Origin: Crocosphaera subtropica ATCC 51142
Lineage (GTDB): Bacteria > Cyanobacteriota > Cyanobacteriia > Cyanobacteriales > Microcystaceae
Assembly: GCF_000017845.1 (NCBI RefSeq)
Contig: NC_010546.1
Coordinates: forward strand, 1-32,000
Reading direction: 5' to 3'
DNA: 32,000 nucleotides
The position numbers and the translations under genes are program-made. Of the stretch, positions 8,424-16,488 are shown one piece after another (the first letter of the stretch is position 1; every line of letters starts with the position of its first letter). The notes under the pieces were generated by a model, which had not been told where the DNA came from, ran no database searches, and worked only from the letters and a program-made list of their open reading frames with translations.

Positions 8424-8759
8424 TTAATCCACCGCAAATTCTGTATATTCTCTAACTAAAGGTTCATGAAAAGCTAAGACAATATCTTGTTTAGGAACAC
8501 CTAAATTAACTAATTCATTAGCAATTCCGATCTCAGTTCCATCATGTTGTATCCAAATTTTATCATTTTTAATATCTAGGTGTAAAACACAACCATAAAC
8601 GGATTGACGATTTTTCCACCCCGTATAGACCACTTGATAATGATCTCGTTCTCTATCAAAAATTAGTTCTGTTTCTATGTCTTCATCTGAGGGACTCCCC
8701 TGAGCATATTCTGTTAATAACTGTTGAATATAAAGGCGATACTCTGCTATTTTTTCCAT
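8424..8759 (-). CDS. xisI: XisI family protein (111 aa)
   Basis: YRLYIQQLLTEYA...DRERDHYQVVYTGW...HLDIKNDKIWIQHDGTEIGIANELVNLGVPKQDIVLAFH is the typical XisI sequence. Confidence 0.9.
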   Translation of the reverse strand: MEKIAEYRLYIQQLLTEYAQGSPSDEDIETELIFDRERDHYQVVYTGWKNRQSVYGCVLHLDIKNDKIWIQHDGTEIGIANELVNLGVPKQDIVLAFHEPLVREYTEFAVD

Positions 8760-9163
8760 TGTAAAATGACCTCCTTTGTCGGATCATAAATTAGTAAGCT
8801 CAGTTAAAAACGCTCAATGATCATTTCCACAAAGGGAAGACTAAAAAATGTTTGATAAACCCCTTGTGGAATCGCTAAATAGAGAAAACGCTCAGGTTGT
8901 TTGTTTTCCAAAGCAACTCGATAGTTAAGAAATTGACCGAGTGCTGTATGAAATTCCGAAATGTTTGATGTTCCGACAAAACTTTTAATTTCTACGGCAA
9001 TTTTTTCTCCGTCTTTTTCGGCGGCAATCATTCTCTCTGTACCGAGATCAATTTGCATATCCACCCGACCAACACGAATTCTTAAAGGGTCATCTGTAAT
9101 GCTCCAACCCTCTTTTTCTAATCCTTTTCTCACCGCATGATGAAAGATATCTTTAGCAGACAT
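8747..9163 (-). pseudogene. xisH: XisH family protein with an in-frame TAA 19 codons before the ancestral stop
   Basis: Track ORF 8804..9163 (MSAKDIFHHAVRKGLEKEGWSITDDPL...) ends at TAA 8804-8806. The same frame continues LSLLIYDPTKEVILQWKK to TAG 8747-8749, which is the conserved XisH C-terminus and overlaps the xisI start as in intact pairs. Confidence 0.8.
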
Positions 9164-9321
9164 ATATCAAGAAATAAGCCAACCTGATCGTTATTAATCA
9201 TAGCATTTTATAAGGATTTCTGTAGAGTGAAAAGTATAAATTTTATTAAAAAAACTTGACTTCCCCCCTTGTGTTCGCGTGAACTACTACTATATAAAAA
9301 AATGACTAAGATGGCGTAATC

Positions 9322-10008
9322 ATGCGAATACTCCTAGTAGAAGACGAAGAAGACTTAGGACTAGCCATAAAACAGGTTTTAGTTAGTGAAAAGTATATTG
9401 TTGATTGGGTTGTGGATGGCGTAGAAGCGTGGCACTATTTAGACAATCAATGGACAGATTACAGTGTAGCGATTATTGATTGGTTGTTACCGAAACTGTC
9501 AGGGTTAGAATTATGTCAACGATTGAGATCCCATCAAAACCCCTTACCTGTGTTGATGTTAACTGCTTTGGGACAACCAGAAAACCGGATTACTGGTTTA
9601 GATGCAGGGGCCGATGATTACCTCGTCAAACCCTTTATAATGGAGGAGTTACTGGCACGTTTACGGGCATTACAAAGGCGATCACCCCAATTTCAACCCC
9701 AAACCCTAAGCATCGGTCAATTTAGTCTAGATGACGCAAATAACGCCCTCTGTGTCAACGTTACCCAACCCCCTCAAACCATTCCCTTAACCGTCAAAGA
9801 ATTTCAGATTTTTGCTTATTTGATGAAACATCCCGATCGCATTATTTCGGGGAGTAAAATTCGCAATCAATTATGGGATCTCGATGCTGAACCCATGAGT
9901 AATGTAGTTGCGGCACAAATGCGCTTAATTAGACGAAAATTAGCTAGTTATAATTGTATTTGTCCCATTGAAACCATCCGAGGTCAAGGGTATCGTTTTA
10001 ATAGTTGA
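9322..10008 (+). CDS. OmpR/PhoB-family response regulator (228 aa)
   Basis: Receiver domain (ILLVEDEEDL, IIDWLLP, LMLTA, LVKPF) plus a winged-helix output (LTVKEFQIFAYLM...IETIRGQGYRF). Confidence 0.93.
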   Translation: MRILLVEDEEDLGLAIKQVLVSEKYIVDWVVDGVEAWHYLDNQWTDYSVAIIDWLLPKLSGLELCQRLRSHQNPLPVLMLTALGQPENRITGLDAGADDYLVKPFIMEELLARLRALQRRSPQFQPQTLSIGQFSLDDANNALCVNVTQPPQTIPLTVKEFQIFAYLMKHPDRIISGSKIRNQLWDLDAEPMSNVVAAQMRLIRRKLASYNCICPIETIRGQGYRFNS

Positions 10009-10050
10009 TATCTAACATGATCAAGATAGTGATTAAACTCAGATTGGTGT

Positions 10051-10063
10051 TGACTAATAGTCA
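10051..10063 (+). promoter_or_regulatory. Single C-box-like palindrome overlapping a -35-like hexamer of the methyltransferase gene
   Basis: TGACT-AAT-AGTCA is a perfect palindrome apart from the centre. TTGACT (10050-10055) is followed about 18 nt later by TAACAT, and it lies 62-74 nt upstream of the ATG at 10125. Confidence 0.5.
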
Positions 10064-10124
10064 CATCTTGATTTAACATTTAAATTCAACAAAACATTTT
10101 GTTTTGATTAAGCTTGTACAATCT

Positions 10125-11072
10125 ATGGATCAACAAAAACAACCGAAAAAAAAGACCAATTCGCCATTTCGTTATCCAGGGGGAAAATTTTATGCTAGAA
10201 AATTGATCTTAGCTTCTCTTCCTGAACATGATAGTTATTGTGAACCATTTGCAGGGGGAGCTTCGATATTTTTTGCCAAGCCAACGGTCAAAAATAATAT
10301 TCTGAATGATAAAGACGAGGATTTGGTTAACTGCTATATTTCGATTAGAGATCATGTCGAAAAACTCATTTCATTACTAGATGGAATTCCTGCCAAAAAA
10401 GAATTACACAGTTATTATAAAAATGAATTTCAACCTCAAAATGATTTAGAACGTGCAATGAGGTGGTATTACTTAAATAGAACTTCTTATTCAGGAATTA
10501 TGAAACCTCAGAATTGTTATTGGGGTTATGGAGATAAATACTCTATGCGCCCTGAAAACTGGCCATATCATTTAAGAACTACATCAGAAAGATTGCAAGG
10601 AGTAGATATTTACTGTCTTGATTTTGAGGAGCTAATTGGTTCTTTATCAGATGGCTACTTTCTATTTATAGATCCTCCGTATTTTAATGCAGATCAAGAT
10701 AAATTTTATACTTGTTCATTTACCACAGAGGATCATCAAAGATTATGCTCACTGTTACAAAAAAATAAATCTAAATATAATTTTCTCATTACTTATGATA
10801 ATAGTCCAGAAATAAAAGAAATGTACAATTGGTGTGTTTCTGTACAAGATAATCAATGGAATTATACAATTAATCGTACAGATGATCAGCAAAATAGTAG
10901 AAATTTAGGGGATGGTTATAAAGGTTCAAGATATAAAGGAAGAGAATTATTTATTACTAACTATGATATTAATTCTGTGGTAGGAATTACCCCTTTAAAT
11001 TTAGATCAACAAGGAACAAAAATAAATTCAACAGAAAATAGATATTTACAATTGAGTCTTTTTGAAAATTGA
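10125..11072 (+). CDS. Dam-family (D12 class) N6-adenine DNA methyltransferase (315 aa)
   Basis: FRYPGGK, EPFAGGASIFF (AdoMet motif I) and IDPPYF (motif IV) occur in the alpha-class order. The track start at 10104 is TTG; the first ATG is at 10125. Confidence 0.9.
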   Translation: MDQQKQPKKKTNSPFRYPGGKFYARKLILASLPEHDSYCEPFAGGASIFFAKPTVKNNILNDKDEDLVNCYISIRDHVEKLISLLDGIPAKKELHSYYKNEFQPQNDLERAMRWYYLNRTSYSGIMKPQNCYWGYGDKYSMRPENWPYHLRTTSERLQGVDIYCLDFEELIGSLSDGYFLFIDPPYFNADQDKFYTCSFTTEDHQRLCSLLQKNKSKYNFLITYDNSPEIKEMYNWCVSVQDNQWNYTINRTDDQQNSRNLGDGYKGSRYKGRELFITNYDINSVVGITPLNLDQQGTKINSTENRYLQLSLFEN

Positions 11073-11086
11073 ATTTTGTCTTTATT

Positions 11087-12154
11087 TTAGTATAACAAAC
11101 TTTCTAGATTTTCTAATTTTACCCAAGGACTTAGAGGTTCTCCAGTCTGAGGATCAAAATAAATAACAGGATAATTAGGAATGAAATGACAGTATTTCAT
11201 GTTTAAGTTTTTCAAAACCTCTGGACAAGTTCTATGATAAAGATCATTTCCTTGAGCATCTTTTTTTCCTGTTTTTCTTTTTTTTGTTCTCGTACATTTA
11301 ATAACCTTTTGTCCTGTTTTATTTGAGCCATTTACTGATAATTGATCACTTCTAGCTATATATATCTTATAAAATGCTTCATCTTGAGTAGTAGCATTAA
11401 TTTTAGTTAAAAAATCTTTTGCTTCTTCTGGAGGACACCAATAAAAAAGACCTTGCTCATCTGTTTCATAAAAAGCATTAGCAATTGAAGTAACAACTAG
11501 ATCAAAATCTTGAATAACGTACTGATCATTATGTATCATTAATAACTCAAAATCAAGATTAGTTCTTTTTGCTTTTTGTCGTGCTGCTGTTTCTCCCAAA
11601 GTTCTTGATCTCATACATTTAACTTTGATTCTAGGAATATTATTATCCAGTTTGAATTCACCTTTAGCAGCTAATTTACATTCTGCTGAATAAATTTTGT
11701 CCTGTTCTTGATCATATATAGCAACATCAACATCTTCTAATCCAGTTTGAGCATTGATTTTAGGATTACTTATTTGATATCTTGCGCTAGGTAGAATGTT
11801 AGAAATAAGTGTTTTGATTGTAAATTCAAAAGCTTTTCCCCTAATCATGGGAATAACTTTTGGATCATTTAAAACATCCGCTAGATTTTCCATATCTATG
11901 TTATATTTATGACAAAAATTCTGTAAATTTTCTTGCCATTCGGGGATTAATATTAATTCATTAAGGTTAATATTTAAGGCTTCAGCTAGAGACTTTATAC
12001 AAATAAGGGATGGATTCCTTTTTCCTCGTTCTAACAAACTTATATAAGTTCGATCAACATTGATAATTTCGGCAAGCTGCTCTTGTGATAAATTCTGAAT
12101 GAGTCTCCATTTTTGTAATTTTTGTCCAAATTGTCTGAGAATTTCATCTTTCAT
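11087..12154 (-). CDS. XRE/controller-type HTH fused to a PD-(D/E)XK nuclease; probable type II restriction endonuclease (355 aa)
   Basis: The N-terminus (QEQLAEIINVDRTYISLLERGKRNPSLICIKSLAEAL) is a classic HTH_3 domain. The body carries EDVDVAIYD...IYSAECKLA, a D...(D/E)XK pattern. It is convergent with the methyltransferase, with 14 bp between the stops. The track start at 12172 is TTG; the ATG is at 12152-12154. Confidence 0.72.
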   Translation of the reverse strand: MKDEILRQFGQKLQKWRLIQNLSQEQLAEIINVDRTYISLLERGKRNPSLICIKSLAEALNINLNELILIPEWQENLQNFCHKYNIDMENLADVLNDPKVIPMIRGKAFEFTIKTLISNILPSARYQISNPKINAQTGLEDVDVAIYDQEQDKIYSAECKLAAKGEFKLDNNIPRIKVKCMRSRTLGETAARQKAKRTNLDFELLMIHNDQYVIQDFDLVVTSIANAFYETDEQGLFYWCPPEEAKDFLTKINATTQDEAFYKIYIARSDQLSVNGSNKTGQKVIKCTRTKKRKTGKKDAQGNDLYHRTCPEVLKNLNMKYCHFIPNYPVIYFDPQTGEPLSPWVKLENLESLLY

Positions 12155-12246
12155 GGAGAGTTTGCTCGGCAAATATAAATTATTGAGTGTTTTCAGTTTT
12201 ATTGGCTATATTTACTTATAGTCATTTTTCATCATTAAGCTTTTGT

Positions 12247-12272
12247 TACTCACAGTCCACAGACTGACAGTC
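12247..12272 (-). promoter_or_regulatory. Bipartite C-box-like operator upstream of the HTH-nuclease gene
   Basis: The minus strand reads GACTGTCAGTC-TGTG-GACTGTGAGTA, two GACT-N3-AGT(C/A) palindromes with a TGTG spacer. It lies 93-118 nt upstream of the nuclease ATG and 36-61 nt upstream of the kinase ATG on the other strand. Confidence 0.6.
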
Positions 12273-12307
12273 ACTTTTTGCTCTCTTACATTATTTTTTG
12301 AATAAAA

Positions 12308-13660
12308 ATGAAAACCTCTCAATTATTCCGTCATAGTCGTCTCAGGTTAGCTGTTTGGTACACTTTGGTAATGGGAGTGATTTTAAGTGTATCAGGGTTA
12401 GGAATTTATCGATCTTTAGTTCAGTCTAATTGGAAGGCAATGGAGAGGGAAATAGAATCAATTGCAGGAACCCTTCATGACAGTTTAGAACCGATGTTAC
12501 CCCCTTCAGAGAACCCGACAACGGTATTAAAGGGTATTTTGCCAGAATTGTGTTTAGTGGGACAAACTTGTCATTCTAATCCGAGTTTAATCGAAAGACA
12601 TACCATCGGAATTAGCGATCGCAATACTTACTATATTCGTCTATTTAATCATCAAAGGAAACTGTTAGCTTTTTCCCCTAATCAACCTGATAATTTATCT
12701 CAAACTTTAAACCCTGAACCCTGGCAAACTATTAAAAGTAATGGCATTCGTTATCATCAATTTACGATTATTTTACACAGTTCTGATACCCATGATTTAG
12801 GGATTAATTCTTCTTGGGGTTATTTACAACTAGGACGTAATTTAAAACCCTTTGATGCTGAAGTGAAACGTCTACAAGTCATTTTCATTCTTGGGTTTCC
12901 CTTCGTTTTAGGGTTAGTCGTGATATCAAGTTGGTGGCTTTCCGGGTTAGCCATGCAGCCCATTTATCAATCATACCAACAACAACAACAGTTTACCGCT
13001 AATGCAGCCCATGAACTGCGATCGCCTTTGGCCAGTCTTTTAGCTACCATCGAAGCCATTTTAAGAATACCTCCTTCACAACCCCAAGATTTAAACAAAA
13101 TGCTACATACCTTAGAAAGACAGGGAAGACGGTTAAGTTATTTAGTCACAGATTTATTATTGTTAACTAGTCTTGAAGGACAATCATCGTCTAAAGGGTT
13201 TCAATCTTGTTGTTTAAATGATTTAGTTAGTGATTTGATCGAAGAATTTTCAGAACTTGCTACAGTCGCTAATATTGATCTTATTGAACAAATTCCTGAT
13301 GAGGAAATTGATGTTTTAGGAGACGAATCTCAACTGTATCGTTTAGTATCCAATTTAATGGCTAATGCTATTCAATATACACCTAATGGTGGTGAAGTTG
13401 TTGTAAGTTTAAAGACCAAAGAAAACATGGCATTGATTACAATAAAAGATACAAGGATCGGGATTTCTAGAGAAGAACAAAAACGAATTTTTGAGCGATT
13501 TTACCGTGTGGATAGTGATCGAAATCGAAAAACGGGAGGAACCGGATTAGGATTAGCCATTGCCCAAGCGATCGCCCATCATCATCAGGGTTATATTACT
13601 ATTCAAAGTCAACTGGGTAAAGGTAGTTTATTCACGATTTATCTACCGAGGGCAAAATAA
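12308..13660 (+). CDS. Sensor histidine kinase (2 TM, periplasmic loop, HisKA + HATPase_c; 450 aa)
   Basis: H-box ANAAHELRSPLASL, N-box LVSNLMANAIQYT, G2 GGTGLGLAIA. The G1 box reads DTRIG instead of DxGxG. Confidence 0.92.
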   Translation: MKTSQLFRHSRLRLAVWYTLVMGVILSVSGLGIYRSLVQSNWKAMEREIESIAGTLHDSLEPMLPPSENPTTVLKGILPELCLVGQTCHSNPSLIERHTIGISDRNTYYIRLFNHQRKLLAFSPNQPDNLSQTLNPEPWQTIKSNGIRYHQFTIILHSSDTHDLGINSSWGYLQLGRNLKPFDAEVKRLQVIFILGFPFVLGLVVISSWWLSGLAMQPIYQSYQQQQQFTANAAHELRSPLASLLATIEAILRIPPSQPQDLNKMLHTLERQGRRLSYLVTDLLLLTSLEGQSSSKGFQSCCLNDLVSDLIEEFSELATVANIDLIEQIPDEEIDVLGDESQLYRLVSNLMANAIQYTPNGGEVVVSLKTKENMALITIKDTRIGISREEQKRIFERFYRVDSDRNRKTGGTGLGLAIAQAIAHHHQGYITIQSQLGKGSLFTIYLPRAK

Positions 13661-13674
13661 CTTGATTTTCCCTA

Positions 13675-15171
13675 TTAAATCTGTAGCCACTGACTAATAG
13701 CACCAGGAACCGGTAATAAAATTAGGATTAATAAGGTCAAAGAAAATAAACCCACAAAATCCCTTATATCATCTAATTCTGTCACATCATTAAGAGCCGG
13801 TTGATCCATAATTGGCATTAAAAATAATAAAATTGCCCAAATCAAAAATTCTGGCCGAATCATAGCTAAAACTAACATAAAAATGCGAGTAATTTGACCC
13901 ACAATCACCGCAGTTCTTTGCCCAAACATAGCATGAACAATATGACCCCCATCCAACTGTCCCACCGGCATTAAATTGAGTGCGGTAACAATTAATCCGA
14001 TATAGCCAGCCACTGCTAAAGGATGAAGATGAAGGGCTTTTCCTGCGATAAAACTACTCCCTAAAACCAATTTCACTAAAATAGCAAACAGAAAAGAAAA
14101 TCGAGGATCGAGGGCTTCAATGTTCAGTAAAGAAGCATTTTCAGCCGTCGGCATCGGCACAATTTCTGATAAAGAAATCCCCCATAATAACAGGGGAAGC
14201 GTTATAATGAAACCCCCCAATGGACCAGCAACCCCCACATCAAATAGGGCTTTACGATGAGGAACAGGGGATTTCATTTGGATAAATGCCCCAAAGGTTC
14301 CAAGAAAGAAGGGAATGGGAATAAAATAGGGTAAAGTTGTGGCAATTTTATAGCGAACAGCCGTTAAATAATGGCTAAATTCATGAACCCCTAAAATAGT
14401 AATTAAGCCTAAACTGTAGGGTAATCCTTGTAACAAAACACTGGGATCATTGCTGATAGTTTCTTTCGCAACTCCTGCGATGGAAATCGTGCCAACAAGG
14501 GTGGTGGTTAATAGGGTTAGGAAGAGTAATCCTAGGGCAAATAGAGGCCGTTTTAAATTTTCTTTGCTTTTATTATCTTCAGTTTCACTTTTTGACCAAG
14601 GATTAGGGACTAAAGCAAAAAAGGGCTTTCCTTGTAATCCTTCTTGAAAGAGGATTAAAAAGCGATCGCCAAACACTTGTTCAATATTTTTTTTGATAGA
14701 ATTATAGGCTTTTTCTGGGGCTGTGCGTAGTTTTCCTCGACAGAGAATAGCTTGAGGACGATAATCTAGATTCTGTAAGTAATAGACTCCCCAAGGAAAA
14801 CAATCCCGTAAGGATTTTTCTTCCGTCGCTGTGATAGGACGAACTTGTTCACTGTCTTGAGTAGGTGTGTCTAAGTTTTGAAGTTGTGGGGGTGAATCTG
14901 GAATGGTTTCTTTGGGTTGATCGGATGAGGGAATTTTACCCAGTCGAATTAACCAGACATACAGGGTAAAACAAATAACCAAAGGGACGATAATCCAGAG
15001 AAGGGGAATTTGTTGATCTTCTCCATTCACTTCATACCAGATCGTCCAAACTACCGCCGGCATCATCATTACTAGCCAAATCATCCAGATGGGTGTACGA
15101 GTAATGGGAGCAACGGTTTTCTTGGCCAGGTAGTATGTAATTGCACCTAAAATAATTAATAGTAACCACAT
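13675..15171 (-). CDS. Site-2 protease (M50) family membrane metalloprotease (498 aa)
   Basis: HEFSHY (HExxH) and NLMPVGQLDGGH motifs in a polytopic hydrophobic protein. Confidence 0.9.
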   Translation of the reverse strand: MWLLLIILGAITYYLAKKTVAPITRTPIWMIWLVMMMPAVVWTIWYEVNGEDQQIPLLWIIVPLVICFTLYVWLIRLGKIPSSDQPKETIPDSPPQLQNLDTPTQDSEQVRPITATEEKSLRDCFPWGVYYLQNLDYRPQAILCRGKLRTAPEKAYNSIKKNIEQVFGDRFLILFQEGLQGKPFFALVPNPWSKSETEDNKSKENLKRPLFALGLLFLTLLTTTLVGTISIAGVAKETISNDPSVLLQGLPYSLGLITILGVHEFSHYLTAVRYKIATTLPYFIPIPFFLGTFGAFIQMKSPVPHRKALFDVGVAGPLGGFIITLPLLLWGISLSEIVPMPTAENASLLNIEALDPRFSFLFAILVKLVLGSSFIAGKALHLHPLAVAGYIGLIVTALNLMPVGQLDGGHIVHAMFGQRTAVIVGQITRIFMLVLAMIRPEFLIWAILLFLMPIMDQPALNDVTELDDIRDFVGLFSLTLLILILLPVPGAISQWLQI

Positions 15172-15283
15172 ATTGATAGTTGAGCTTGTATTCAGGATTG
15201 TTCTTCCTAGGGATAATTAACCAATTAAGGAATAATACAGGGATAGCATCTATATTTCTATTGTAGAGAAGTTGTCAACATAA

Positions 15284-15931
15284 ATGAATTTAAACACCAT
15301 TAAAAGTCCTAAACCCCCCCGTCTGTTATTGGAAGGATTATTTGCTTTTGCCCCCAATCGAGAGATTTTAGGAGGAACCGCCTATTTCATTGTAGAAAAG
15401 TCTGGTAACATCTTGATAGATTGCCCTGCTTATCACGATGATTATCTTCAGTTTATACGGGAACAAGGAGGGGTAACATGGCTGTTTTTAACCCATCGTG
15501 GGGGTATTAGTCCTTCTTTGAAATTATGGCAGAAAGCTTTAGAATGTGACATTATCATTCAAGAACAAGAAGCTTATCTTTTACCCACCCTACCAGTTAG
15601 GTCTTTTGAAAGGGAAATAACAATTACTGAAAGGATAACCGGTATTTGGACTCCTGGCCATTCGACAGGATCATCCTGTCTCTATTGGCAACAACATGGA
15701 GGGGTATTATTCACCGGACGACATCTCCTTCCTGAGAAAAATGGCAACCCTGTTCCCCTAAAATTAGAGAAAACCTTTCATTGGGGTCGTCAATTGCAAA
15801 GTGTCGCTCACTTATGCGATCGCTTTTCTGCTGATAGCCTTCATTATATCTGTCCTGGAGCTAATACGGGCTTTCTACGGGGTAAAGGGTTAATTGATAA
15901 CGCCTATGAACGTCTTACTCAGGTTTGTTAA
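15284..15931 (+). CDS. MBL-fold metallo-hydrolase-like protein (215 aa)
   Basis: The layout is beta-lactamase-fold (ILIDCPAY..., WLFLTHRGG, TPGHSTGS). The usual HxHxDH is replaced by THRGG, so the metal site may be degenerate. Confidence 0.75.
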   Translation: MNLNTIKSPKPPRLLLEGLFAFAPNREILGGTAYFIVEKSGNILIDCPAYHDDYLQFIREQGGVTWLFLTHRGGISPSLKLWQKALECDIIIQEQEAYLLPTLPVRSFEREITITERITGIWTPGHSTGSSCLYWQQHGGVLFTGRHLLPEKNGNPVPLKLEKTFHWGRQLQSVAHLCDRFSADSLHYICPGANTGFLRGKGLIDNAYERLTQVC

Positions 15932-16050
15932 ATTAGTTGTCAAAAATAGATCACAATTTTGTTCTCTTTTTGAATTTTTTTAATATTTTTTGATAAACTG
16001 TAACATATAGAAATACTTTTCTCATAAAAGCGTTAGGAGAGCAAATTCCA

Positions 16051-16416
16051 ATGGCAGGATTTTTTGGACTATTTAGTGGACGTAAAGCAAAATTTGTGGA
16101 TGAACAGGACAATACACCGAGTCAACCCCAGAAAAAAGAAGCCTTTTTCTTAGATAATGATTCAGCTAAAACCCTAGGGGATACCGAGTTTATGCGTAAA
16201 CCCATTACCATTAGACGCACCTTTGCTAGAGGTGGTGAACTGGTTCAAGATATCTCGTCCTTAGAAAAGAAAAAAGCAGGAAGTAACAGTGTTGTTTCTA
16301 ATAAATCTAAGGAAACCAGTGCATCCCAAGGAACAACTTCGGTTAATTCAGACCGTCGTAAATCTGATACTAGCATGGATATGTTCCGTAACATGGCTCG
16401 TAATATGAAGAAATAA
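16051..16416 (+). CDS. Hypothetical low-complexity protein (121 aa)
   Basis: ATG preceded by AGGAGA and followed by a strong intrinsic terminator. No recognisable domain. Confidence 0.55.
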   Translation: MAGFFGLFSGRKAKFVDEQDNTPSQPQKKEAFFLDNDSAKTLGDTEFMRKPITIRRTFARGGELVQDISSLEKKKAGSNSVVSNKSKETSASQGTTSVNSDRRKSDTSMDMFRNMARNMKK

Positions 16417-16456
16417 AGAGTATCGTCTTTGGGCAAAAATATCATAAATTTTTTTT

Positions 16457-16488
16457 AGGACTTAATATTAGTTAAGTCCTTTTTTTTT
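16457..16488 (+). terminator. Intrinsic terminator of the 16051..16416 gene
   Basis: AGGACTTAA-TATTAG-TTAAGTCCT (9-bp perfect stem, 16457-16480) followed by T8 (16481-16488). Confidence 0.65.

Noticed and set aside
10107-12242. ATTAAGCTT at 10107 and 12234 as insertion-site direct repeats, and AAGCTT (HindIII site) as the R-M target
   Set aside because: The C-box-like operators lie outside this pair, so it cannot mark the cassette ends. AAGCTT occurs many times in the window, including inside the nuclease gene, so nothing supports that specificity.
2458-13660. Naming the efflux/regulator genes as copBAC-copRS or nrsBACD-nrsRS orthologues
   Set aside because: The gene order differs, the adaptor is truncated and no metal-specific residues can be assigned by eye. 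Metal specificity is left open.
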